A stretch of 63,684 bases of DNA, filler included, from Chiloscyllium plagiosum (Eukaryota): NCBI RefSeq assembly GCF_004010195.1. It is 4 parts of one record of this genome, joined end to end, with 100 filler letters (N's around TTAATTAATTAA, not from the genome) between each part and the next. Parts side by side here need not be neighbours in the genome. Positions count along the whole stretch, not along the records: positions 1 to 18,945 come from NC_057710.1; positions 19,046 to 45,291 come from NC_057710.1; 2 more parts are not named here. The stretch is one strand, 5' to 3'. Below, in pieces: positions 12,032 through 22,812 of the stretch. Numbering within the stretch: the stretch's first letter is position 1; each line of letters opens with the position of its first letter. The translations under genes and the position numbers were made by a program. The notes below the pieces were generated by a model that saw nothing but the letters and a program-made list of their open reading frames with translations, ran no database searches and had not been told where the DNA came from.

Positions 12032-12492
12032 ATGTGTCCCTTTTGTCAGCAATCATTTACATTTTATTTATTTTGTGTGTGTTCACATCCCTCAAAGTCA
12101 ACTTTCCTGTAGTCTAATTTTCTTAAACATTGCTATTCGTAGATTCCATTCAAGGTTATAACCAGTTATTTGTTTTATCCTATTTCAATATCATGGTCAC
12201 TAAATAATCAAAAATGACAAATTATTTGAGATAAATCCAAATTGCCTCTCCTCAGTGGATTCCCTCATTCACAATTTAATAGAGGATGTTTAGAGGACTT
12301 CAATAAGCACAATGTGTATGCATTGTGCTTGCTGCAAATCCCAGCTGATTTGAGGTAGATACTAATTCACCATGATCACAACTTGGGGATAAAGTCCCAA
12401 AACTGAATATCCACCTCTATTTTGCTGTGATTTGTAATGTAACAACAAATTTTTACACTTGTCAAAAACATGTTCTTGTTATGGAGGTGTTA

Positions 12493-12790
12493 TTAGATTA
12501 GATTATTTACAGTGTGGAAACAGGCCCTTCAGCCCAACACCGACCCTCTGATGAGTAACCCACTCAGACCCATTCCCCCTGACTAATGCACCTAACACTG
12601 TGGGCAATTTAACATGACTAATTCACCTGACCTGCACATCTTTGGACTGTGGGAGGAAACTGGTGCACACCCATGCAGACACAGGGAGAATGTGCAAACT
12701 CCACACAGACAGTCACCTGAGGTGGGAATTGAACCTGGGTCCCTGGCACTGTGAGGCAGCAGTTCTAACCACTGAGCCACCATGCCGTCC
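12493..12790 (-). mobile_element. HE1-type V-SINE, full length
   Basis: Minus strand begins GGACGGCATGGTGGCTCAGTGGTTAG (A box) ... GGTTCAATTCCC (B box); V-domain core; (AATCT)n tail. Confidence 0.92.
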
Positions 12791-13477
12791 ACAAGTAAGG
12801 TCTTTTTTAATGCCATTGTTAGCTGTACCGAGACAGTATTGGAATTTGGCTTGCAGGGTAATTACAGTAGCCTGGGTTTTTCTGTCAGTATTCTCTTCAC
12901 TACTCAATAAAATCAACAATCGCTTATGATGCCTGCAATTAAACATTAAAATCTGGAAGTTGCTTTAAGAAATACCAATCTTTATTCTTGTTACAAATAT
13001 AGAATCAAACAAGAATTCCATTTTTGTTCACCCAAGCTCATGTACGCAGAATATATTTTAAGTATAAGCATAGAGATAATTAAATAATGTTGTCACTTTT
13101 GTTTTCTCCTTTCTTTCATGTTCCTTTACATTTCTAATGCTTTGTTAAAAGAAAAAATCTTGAATTCTTCAATATCTGTTTCTCAGGAAACAACATTGCA
13201 ATTACTGATATGACCATGGCAAAATGTTATCTTGAACAGAATACAGGCAAGACTGTGTATTTCCTATAAAGCAATAAATTTCTATTTGTTTTCACCCTGT
13301 CTTCATTGTTTTATCTTTATCCATTTCTCAAGAACAGGTAGGGATGGGAAATAAAGATTGGCCAAATTGACTACGTCCACACACCAAACAAATATTTAAA
13401 AATCTATAATTGAAAACTGACTTGGTAACAGTTTCCTGACCTGCATGTGAAATTTAAGTTAAGAATTATCATCGGAT

Positions 13478-13908
13478 CACAGAATCATTGGATTTTCATA
13501 GCACAGAAGGAGGTCTTTAAGCTTGCTATGTCGCTGAAGGAGCAACTTGCCTTCTGCCATTCTTTTGCAAACATTTTCTTTTCACATCGTGATTCAATTC
13601 CTTTTTGAAAGCTTCAATTCACCCAGCCTCCAATCACCCTCAGACAGTACATTCAAGATCATAGCCACATGAGGCGTGAAACTGTTTTTCTTCATATTAC
13701 CATTGCCTCCTTTTGCCAATTATCTGAAATCTGCGCTGTCTGGTTCTTGATTGCTTTATTGATAGGAGCAATTTCTTCCTGCTCTGGTCAAAAGCTAATG
13801 ACTTTGAATATCTCTATCGCATCTCCCTGAAATCTTCTCATCTCCTGGGCGAATAGTTCAAAATTCTCTAATCTATCCAAAATACCTTCCTCATCCCTGG
13901 AACCATCC
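13478..13908 (-). mobile_element. Old CR1 LINE 3' end
   Basis: CACAGAATCAT...GCACAGAAGGAGG tail and diverged ORF2 C-terminus (CCAGCCTCC...CAGTACATTCAAGATC...CTCATCCCTGGAACCAT), collinear with younger minus-strand CR1 ends in this window. Confidence 0.7.
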
Positions 13909-14585
13909 ATTGAGCAATTAATGCACAGTGTCAGCTGAAAAGTACAATAACACATCAAAATTTAAAGACACCTAGGAATAAAAAGCAACTAATAATTTCA
14001 GCACTTCTAGTGACAATACAAATCTACAAACTATCTACAAGTAAAAGAAATCAAAAACTGTAATTGTAGGAAATTAAAACAAATGCTAATCTTACACAAT
14101 GATACCCTTCCTTTTCACAGGCTGAATATATGTAGTCTTTGTTGATGAAATGTAATGATGTGAACTCAGGTTAATTATTAATTATTAGGTTAATTACCAC
14201 CATTCCCATTCTAAAAATAGCTGGAATAATTGGAACTTGTTCAAACAGGCAGATGTAACTTTTGACAGTGCAGTAATTGATAGTTGCTATTGAACTCACT
14301 TCTAGCCTTAAAAAAATTTTTGGTGTTCTTTCAGAAGAAAATTCATGTTGCATATCTTTATTACCATATATGAAGCCACACTTCTGTTTGAAGTTGTGTA
14401 CAACAATTTACATTTGTTATTTTTAAAATTTGATTGTCTGAAGAGCCTTTCCATTGCTTGATAGGTAACATAGATCATTATCACCTGTATGTGTGCTAAA
14501 TTGAAACAATTGATGGAAGAGTAGAAATCACTGCTGTTAAACCTGCTCACAGTCTGGGGAGATCTGTCCATGGAGCTGTATATGG

Positions 14586-17500
14586 AGAGGCAGCAGCTTC
14601 ATGTATCACTGGACTAGTGATCCAGAGCTCCAAGCTAATTTTCTGGGGACAAGGGTTTGACTCCCACCATGGTGAAGTTTGAAATTTAATAGAATCTGAA
14701 ATTTAAAAATTGGTTGATATGATCAGTTGGGATCATTATACTGGGCAAGTCAGATCCCAGAGTGAAAACTGACTTGGTACATCATAGATTTTATTTTTGC
14801 AATTTGTTCACTTTTGTGGTCCGTCACTAAACATATTCACAAGAGGCTACCAATGTACTTTAAAAAAAATTAACTTCAATGTTTAATGCACAAAAGTTAA
14901 AGGCGTGAACTATATCACATGCTGCAGGAGTCATTTGTAATGGCCTTATTATAAATGTCAGAAAGAAAGATTCAATCCTTTTACCTCAACAACCTCACAG
15001 AACATAAATCTCTGTGAAGAGACACTTTATCTTCACTTTAAAGTTGCTTTTTCATTTGATAACTGTAATCTGTTCCTTTTCTACAAATTTCTGTCTGCAC
15101 TAGATTTTTTTTTCATTACTATTGCTTCCTGAAACCCTAAAAAAGAACTATAGATGCAGCTTGCTTAATATTCAACATATATTTTGTGAACTCATGTCTG
15201 TCACAACATTCTGGGCCTGAGGTTGTCTTTGAGGTAATGCAGGACTTCTATCCTCATCTCTGACTGTTTTAGAGACAGCTATTAACAGCATTTCTGCTAC
15301 TCAGGAGCCAAGTTTTCTTACTGAAGCATGCACATTGTTTGAAGCTTCTGATTTTTCTGTTGTTGTGCAACTGCAAGCTATTTTCCTATAGCACCGAACC
15401 GTTCACGTCGAGGGTTTAATCATTTCATTAAAAACAAATCACCAGACACCCATTACCATTCTCAGACATTAAAATGAAACTGAAATTATGTCTCCCACTC
15501 ACCCCTGCCCTCCTTAATCCACCCAGTATATAAATAAGAGCAAACTTAAAACTTTACATTGGTCTTTGGCTTTAAACCCTAGTTGCTAAATAATAACACA
15601 CCATATCCCTTCTTCACATTGTCTAATGCTGACCATGAAGGCATTATGCATTGTTTTGAGAGCCCATCACATTCACTAATGCTCTTTAAGGAAGGAAACT
15701 GCTGTCCTGGTCTGGTCTGGCCTATGTGTGACTCCATTTAGCATGGTCCAGCAAGACAATTTGAGTCCAAAACAAAAATGAAACCAGATGGAACACCTGG
15801 AACTTACCTGGGCACCAGAAACCACAATGGCAACCCAGCCCTGTCGACCCTGAATCACCATGCCTAGCAACATCTGGGCGTTTATATCAAAATTATGAGA
15901 CTTCCCCGGAGACTTATTGAGCAGCAACCTGGCATAGTCATATTCATGTAATTGTTTCTTAAAGAAAATGGCCCAGAGACCAACATTATCATTATTGGGT
16001 ATGTACTGGCCCACCAGTGGAGGTGGCAGCACAGTGGTATACCGTTGGAAGAGTGTTATCCTGGGAATCATCAACATTGATGCCAGACCCCTTGACATCA
16101 AACATGGACAAGGAAACCTCCTACTGATTGCTATCCTTGATTGAATCAGCATCCTTCATATTGAACCCTACTTGTCGGAATTACTGAGGGTTGAAAGAGC
16201 ATAAAATGTACTCCAGGTAGGTTACTTCAATGATCATTACCATGTGTGGCTTGGAAGGAGCACAATTGACTGAGCTAACTGAGTCCTAAAGGAAATAACT
16301 GTTGATGTCAGTAGTAGGTGTTTAGAGAGCCAACAAGAGGGAAAAACTGAACCTCGTCTTCACCAATCTACCTGTTGCCGTTACATCAATCCATAATGGT
16401 ATTGGTAGGAGTGACCACTGCAGAGTCATTATGTAGATAAAGACCCATCTTCACAATGAAGATGTTCTCCATTTTATTGCGTGGCACTACTATCCCATTA
16501 AACAATATGCACTTTGACCACATGGAGCAATCCATGAGGTGCTGTGGTCCACTAGAAGCAGTACAACTGTACTCAAACCACAAGTTGAAACTGTGCTCAA
16601 CCACAAGGCTAAGCATTTCCACCACTCTCCCATTGCCTTCATGCTGGGAGATCAGTCCTGACTCAATGAGGTGCAGGAATACATGAAAGGAGCAGCTCTA
16701 GACATACCTAACAATGAAGTGTCAACCTGGTTGAGCAACACTACAGGATTATTTGTGTACTAAACAATGGAAGTGACATTCAACAGGCAGGGTTAAATGA
16801 TTCCATGATCAATGGGTTAGATCTAATCTCTGCAGTACTGCCACTCTAAGACATGAATGGTGGTGGCCAAATAAGTAATTCACTGGAGAAAGCAGTTCCA
16901 CAAGCATCCACATCCTCAACGAAAACAGAACCCAGTACATCAGGGTGAAAGATTAGACTGAAGCATTTGCAACAACCATCAGTCATAAGTGCCAAGTGCA
17001 TATCCATCTTAGCCTCTTCCTGAAGTCCCCAGCATTACAGATGTCATCCTCCAGCTAAATCAACTTGTTCCACATGTTATCAAGAAACAGCTGCAGGCAC
17101 TTGATGCTGCAAAGGCTAAGGGTGTTAATATAGTTCTGGCAATGTTGTTGAGAATTGTGTTCCAATACTAGCCACACCCACACTCAGTTGTTCCAATGCA
17201 GCTAAATACTGCCAACTACCCAGCAATGTGGAAAATTTACCAGATATTAAGAGTAAACAAAACACAGGACAAATCCTATCTGGCCAATTACTGTAATATC
17301 CCTCCAATCTCAATCGTTAGCAATGTGATGGATGGGGTCATTGACAGTGTTGTAAAACAGGAATAGCTTGCTCACTGACACTGTCCTAAGGTTTTTCCAG
17401 GGTGACTTAGCTCATTATCGGCTTGGTCCAACCATGGACAAACAAGCTGCTCTTCAGGTGATGTGAGAGTGATTACTGTTGACACCAAGGCTGCATTTGA

Positions 17501-17790
17501 CCAAGTATGGAATCAGAAGCTCTAGCAAAATTAGAGTCAATAGAAATCAGTGGGGGAACTCACAGCTGTTTGGACCTGGCACAAAGGAAGATGGTTGTGG
17601 TTATTGGAAGTCAATCCAAAGACACCCCGCACGAGTTCCTTTGGGTTCCTTGGCCCAATTGTCTTCAGCTGCTTAATCAGTGAGCTTCCCTTCATCACAA
17701 AGTCAGCAGTGAGAATGTTTGCTAGTGATTGAAACAACATTCAGCAACATTTGTGACTCCTCAGATACTGAAACAGTCCGTCCATATACT
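14586..17790 (+). mobile_element. Ancient CR1-group LINE with tRNA-like 5' head, degenerate endonuclease-RT ORF, 3' part missing
   Basis: Head 14586-14714 plus 15623-15737 is shared with the SINE at 31398-31714; endonuclease remnants (NIWAFISKL, QQPGIVIFM, GGGSTVVY); RT remnants VDTKAAFDQVW and LGPIVFSCLISELP...VRMFASD (FADD site). Confidence 0.8.
14715..15618. mobile_element. Probable solo LTR inserted in the LINE head
   Basis: A 904-bp block interrupts the otherwise continuous head; it starts TG, ends TCACA, and is flanked by TGGT / TTGT (4-bp TSD with one mismatch). Its GTCAGATCCCAGA motif recurs at ~57930. Confidence 0.55.
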
Positions 17791-18945
17791 GGTAATTCAA
17801 GATGGAGGATGGGAAAAATTTCTCACTGTAACAGCTGCTCCTTTTTTTTTGAGGTATTTTAGGTGCTGGAGGTGATTTTCTCGAATTCCAGGAGTAGCAG
17901 TTACTGTTTTATATGCTGTTGCATTGTTTTGGAACTTTGGGAAAAAAAAGTCAAAACAACAGCAGTTTTAAAAGGGAGAAGAACAGACAAAGGAAGAACA
18001 TGGTGAGGACAGTGCAGGAGAGAAAGAGAGAGTACCTGCACAGTTACGGGAAAATTAACAAACAGTGAATTTCACAACTAATGTTGGAGGAACCAGTTTG
18101 GGCGATGTTCACAACACAGAATCAGATAAGTTAATTGTTGTTTTAAGTCTGTCCAATAGAAAGGCTGCAGTAGTGAGTAGAATGGGTTCTTTCTTGATTA
18201 TGTGTTTTTGGAGATAAGTCTCTTGATTACACTTAAAATAGAAACCATAACTATTAATTTAACCTGTGGCAGTGTTTTGTAGAGGAATAAGACGGTGTTA
18301 TTTTCTGGGTCTGTAGATTGTGAAGGAGCAAAAGTGGCCTTTAGTACAGTGATATGTACTTCTTGTCAGATGTGGGAGTTTAAAGAGAGTTTAAGGGTTA
18401 CTGCGGATTATATCTGCCATAAATGCTGTTGGATGCGAATCTTATCAGATCAAATGGATTGGTTGGAGAGACAGTTAGGAGCGATGGGGAATTTGCAACA
18501 GCAACAGTGTGTGATGGATGGCAATTATAGGAAGGGGGAAAGTCTCAGATACAGTCTCATAGATGGGTTAACTTTAGGAAAGGTAAGAGAGGTGGGCAGC
18601 TAGTGCAAGAGTCTTTTGTGGATATACTCATTTCAAACAGGTATGCTGTTTTGGAAAATGTAGGGGGGATGGATTCTCAGGGGAACGTAGCACGAACAGC
18701 TAAGTTTCTGGTATTGAGACTGGCTCTAATGCAATGAGGGGTACGTCGGTTTCCAAGAGATCAATTGTGTTAGGGGATTCTCTAGTCCAAGGTACAGACA
18801 GATGTTTCTGTGGCCAGCAGAGAAAAAGCAAAATGGTGTGTTGCTTCCCTGGTGCCAGGATCAAGGATGTCTCAGAAAGGGTGCAGAATGTTCTCACAGG
18901 GGAGAGGGTCCAGCAAGAGGTCATTGTCCACATTGGAACCAATGA
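17791..18945 (+). mobile_element. CR1 LINE 5' UTR and ORF1 (zinc finger/coiled coil plus SGNH esterase), cut by the linker
   Basis: CTSCQMWE...DYICHKC, then IVLGDSLVQGTDRCFCG...CCFPGARIKDV...VIVHIGTN; frameshifted. Confidence 0.9.
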
Positions 18946-19045
18946 NNNNNNNNNNNNNNNNNNNNNNNNNNNNNNNNNNNNNNNNNNNNTTAATTAATTA
19001 ANNNNNNNNNNNNNNNNNNNNNNNNNNNNNNNNNNNNNNNNNNNN
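18946..19045. other. Artificial contig linker
   Basis: 44 N + TTAATTAATTAA (stops in all six frames) + 44 N = 100 bp; three identical occurrences in the window. Confidence 0.97.
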
Positions 19046-19210
19046 TCATTGGTGCCAACATGCACCACGACTTCTGGCTGCACACCCTCCCCCTTAAGGA
19101 TTCTGAAGACACGGTCCGAGACGTCTCGGACCCTGGCACCTGGGAGGCAACAAACCATCCGAGAGTCTCGCCCATGTCCACAGAACCGCCTGTCCGTCCC
19201 TCTAACTAGA
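19046..19210 (-). mobile_element. CR1 ORF1 esterase fragment
   Basis: Minus strand reads LVRGTDRRFCGHGRDSRMVCCLPGARVRDVSDRVFRILKGEGVQPEVVVHVGTN. Confidence 0.9.
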
Positions 19211-19572
19211 AGTTATGGAGGTTTACAAAATTATGAGGGGCATGGATAGGGTAAATAGGCAAAGTCTTCTCTGGGGTCGGGGAGTCCAGAACTAGAGGGC
19301 ATAGGTTTAAGGTGAGAGGGGAAAGATATAAAAGAGACCTACGGGGCAACTTTTTCACACAGAGGGTGGTACGTGTATGGAATGCCAGAGGAAGTGGTGA
19401 AGGCTGATACAATTGCAACATTTAAGAGGTATTTGGATGGGCATATGAATTGGAAGGGTTTGGAGGGATATGGGCCGGGTGCTGGCAGGTGGGAATTGGG
19501 TTGGGATATCTGGTCGGCATGGACGGATTGGACCGAAGGGTCTGTTTCCGTGCTGTACAAATCTATGACTAT
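19211..19572 (+). mobile_element. CR1 (HER1-like) 3' end
   Basis: EVYKIMRGMDRV...RTRGHRFKVRGERYKRDLRGNFFTQRVVRVW; 3' UTR ending GAAGGGTCTGTTTCCGTGCTGTAC...CTATGACTAT. Confidence 0.93.
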
Positions 19573-21399
19573 ATTAAATTCAAGGATAAGTCAAATTTAA
19601 TTTAAAAGCATATCATTTTCATCTTTTAAGCACATTAATCGTTGAAATAATTACCTGGCTACTAGTGCTAAGTGGGTATCATTCTCAGTCTTCCAAACTC
19701 CCTTTGTTAAACTTGGACATATTGAAGCTGGGTTGCAGTCATAACTTAAAATTAATTCAGCTTAATTGTCCATTCACCCAGAATCTATCCATTTTAAGGG
19801 GTTATAATTGTTCCTTTCATACTATTGCAAACAAAAATCTGTCAATAAATTTCAGTAGTCTGTTCAATAGTGAATAACAATATATGGCTACTGAATAGAA
19901 ACAGGAACAGATCGATGATTTTGAAGGACATAAACAATAACAACAACAATTTGTGTTTACATAACACCTTTCCTGTTGTAACAAATCCCAAAAGCTCTAT
20001 GAGCTATTTTGTTGGTCTCTCAAGATCCAGATGGTGGTCATCAGTTAAATTCAAAGTTTTGTGTAGAATTCAACACAATAGCATGGAATTTCTGAGTGAA
20101 TGATCTAAACACTCCACTGCAGTTTTGGTGGAAGATTTGTAAAAAAAAACACTGCAGTAAAGGCTTTTACAGTTTTTCTCTAGAATTTCAGAATTTATTG
20201 TGAGTGGTAAGGACAATCCCTGCAGAAATTCTGTCCACGTTCGCCTGGTGTACTCATTCATTTAAATAAATATGCACCATTTTCTAATTATATTCAGACA
20301 AGGTCCAGTTTCCTCATTAAATTATTTTAGTGCATCATGATCCTTTGTTCTCAGACCACTGGACAGCTCCTCAGATTATAAATTAGTGCTCTGCTCTCAG
20401 CAGTCCTGAATAACTGATCAGTGTACTGTACGCAATTCCCCTCATCTTCCTTGGCCCAGATCTGCTCATTACTACATCTAAGCAACTCAGATGCTTTTTT
20501 TAAAAAAAAAGTTCACCCTTATGCAACCTAATACTGTGACATCGTTCAAACCAATGGCCCACTCTACCTGCAGTGCATGGCAATACCTTACGAGAACCTA
20601 ATTATAAATTCTCATTTACTTGGGTAAAAACATTTGCAGTGTGGTTAATAACCGACAAGAGATTTTGCATAATAATGTCGGGTGATTGACAGCCTCAGCA
20701 ATGGTCCTGGGGGTGTCAAGAATATTTTTGCTGTCTGAATCCACTGATTAATGTTCTAAGAATATTATAACTATGGTCTCAAAGGCTAAATGAACATAGG
20801 AAAGGTTCCTTATGTATTTTGTAGTTTCATGGCCATTGATTTAGAAAAGGAGTTCCTTTGCATTATGAATTTTGCATATGAATAAATAATGTTCCCAGAA
20901 AGGATCTGTTGTGAATATGTTAATTAGGCAGAAACATATCATGGTTTTAGGCTTGATAGTCCCTTGGGTTAGCTTAAAGTTGCTAATGCCAGTTGTATTA
21001 TTGTTTATTCTGCATTTGGTTGTGGGTCATGTCAGATGTCTAATGTCACCTTTATCTATGAACATTGGAATAGAACTACCACTGAATCTCTAGGAAGAGT
21101 CTACCAAAAGGAAGCATTGTCAGAGAATATAAATCCAAATCTGAAATCCGGTTTCTCTTGGAGATAAAGCCAGATAATTCGTGCATCTAGGCTACAAAAG
21201 CAATAAATAAAATTGAAGTATTGCCTTTAATTTTATATCTCGAGGCTGTGAAAGTTGCAGCAGAAATGCAAGTTCTTCTTTATTTAATGGGACTATTTTA
21301 TGTGAAGTATAAAATGAGGAAATGCTTATTGGATTACATTAACAAGTGCTCAGAAAGAATCAAGAATCAAGAATAGTCAACACAAAACTGGTTAAAGTA

Positions 21400-21680
21400 A
21401 TATTTCATCACATCCACTTATGATTTCAATCAGAGACAAATGATTTGGGTATGTACATGGGGGCACTATTCAAAATTCTCTGGTGAATAAAGATAAGGGG
21501 GTGTTGACAAACAGTGAAGTGACTATGAAACACTTCAGCAAGATCAGGAAGTTACCAGAGAATTATTACATTTTGGCAATAAAAATGGAAGATTCTGAGG
21601 TTTGTGAATAAGTAGAAAGACCTAGGAGTTCCCAAAGTTCACAGTGATAGGGCAATAACAAAGGCCAACAACATTTTTAT
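21400..21680 (+). mobile_element. Highly decayed CR1 RT C-terminal fragment
   Basis: Scattered collinear remnants: TCAAAATTC (xKF), CTTCAGCAAGAT (LQQD), CATTTTGGC (HFG), AAAGACCTAGGAGTT (KDLGV), AAGGCCAAC (KAN). Confidence 0.5.
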
Positions 21681-22050
21681 TTTCCTCAATATATGAACAT
21701 TCGTGCAATAATCAACAAAAAGTGTCCCATTTCTCCATCCATTCTATTCCACACAATTGTGATGTCATACATTAAAAACACGTCATATCCCACACAAAAA
21801 CCATGAAATCTTCTGAATTATAAATATACCAAAACAGCAGGAATGAAAGAGTTCATTACAAATATGTGCTAAACAATGTTCATGTCATCAGGTCCCCTGA
21901 GCATTTTTAGAAACTGGTAGCACATTTGTTCTCATAGGGGTGCAATGCAGCACTGTATGATTAGCTATGTGTCAGGTCCCACAATTAAGGGAAATGTAAA
22001 CTATTCAACTTCAATAATTACCCTTAAGAATCCTTATGCTTGTTTGGCTT

Positions 22051-22140
22051 TACCTGACGAAGGAACAGTCTTCTGAAAGCTTGTGATTTCAAATAAACTT
22101 ATTGGACTATTACCTGTTGTCATGTGACTTCTGACTTTGG
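22051..22140 (+). mobile_element. Penelope-like terminus (relative of 40819-41077) with decayed hammerhead
   Basis: CCTGACGAAGGAACAGTCTTCTGAAAGCTTGTG...AATAAACTTATTGGACTATTACCTGTTGTCATGTGACTT aligns to the reverse complement of 40819-40905. Confidence 0.72.
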
Positions 22141-22579
22141 TAAGAATGATGGCAGTTGGCTTCTGTGAGATTTGGTATGCTATCATTCAGAGTCTGCAGC
22201 ATCTAACTGAAAAATAACAGGCCTAATCTCAGATCCAGGGCCTGACACAATGGCATGACTACAATCACGTTTCATGATGCCATCTACTTTTTGCTGATGC
22301 CAAGGGGCTTTCTCATCATGCACCACCATGGATGTCTTATTATGTGGGAGAGAGGTCAGGACCAGTTGGCCATACAGTTGTTGTGTTGACACAACCTGCT
22401 GAAGAAACCTTTCTCCTGGCTGCCTCAACATCCCAAAAATCAGTTCAAGGATCTAAGTGGGAAGCTTCTTTGAAATGCCCAATGTCTATAGCTCACGGTC
22501 CTTTGCAAACAAAGACTGAGGCCCACCTATGATCGGGTCTTAGGCAATTACGTCCATCAACACAATCTGGAATCTACAG

Positions 22580-22812
22580 AAACAAAAACAGAAGTTGCTG
22601 GAAAAGCTCAGCAGGTCTGGCAGCATCTGTGCAGAGAAATCAAAGTTAACATTTCGTGTCTAGTGACCCTTCCACAGGTTCTGAGGAAGGGCCACTGGAC
22701 CTGAAACGTTACCTTTGATTTCTCTTCACAGATGATGCCACACCTGCTGAGCTTTTCCAGCAACTTCTGATTTTGTTTCTGATTTACAGCATCAGCAGTG
22801 CTTTCAGTTTTT
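22580..22812 (+). mobile_element. Fold-back Penelope-like mini-element with 15-bp TSD
   Basis: ~100-bp imperfect inverted arms; CTGAGGAAGGGCCACTGGACCTGAAACGTT just right of the axis; ~32-nt unpaired 3' tail; flanks ATCTGGAATCTACAG (22565-22579) and ATCTGGAATCTGCAG (22813-22827). Confidence 0.85.

Noticed and set aside
12715..12790. tRNA-like heads of SINEs as tRNA genes
   Set aside because: A and B boxes are present, but they continue into SINE bodies and tails and do not form complete cloverleaves.
13187..13246. Possible 60-nt exon (xNNIAITDMTMAKCYLEQNTx)
   Set aside because: Needs a non-canonical GC donor (CAG|GCAAGA) and the peptide is unrecognised; consistent with chance.
18734..19181. 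ORFs running into or across the N linker, and TTAATTAATTAA as a motif
   Set aside because: Artefacts of the synthetic spacer; the same applies at 45292 and 59828.
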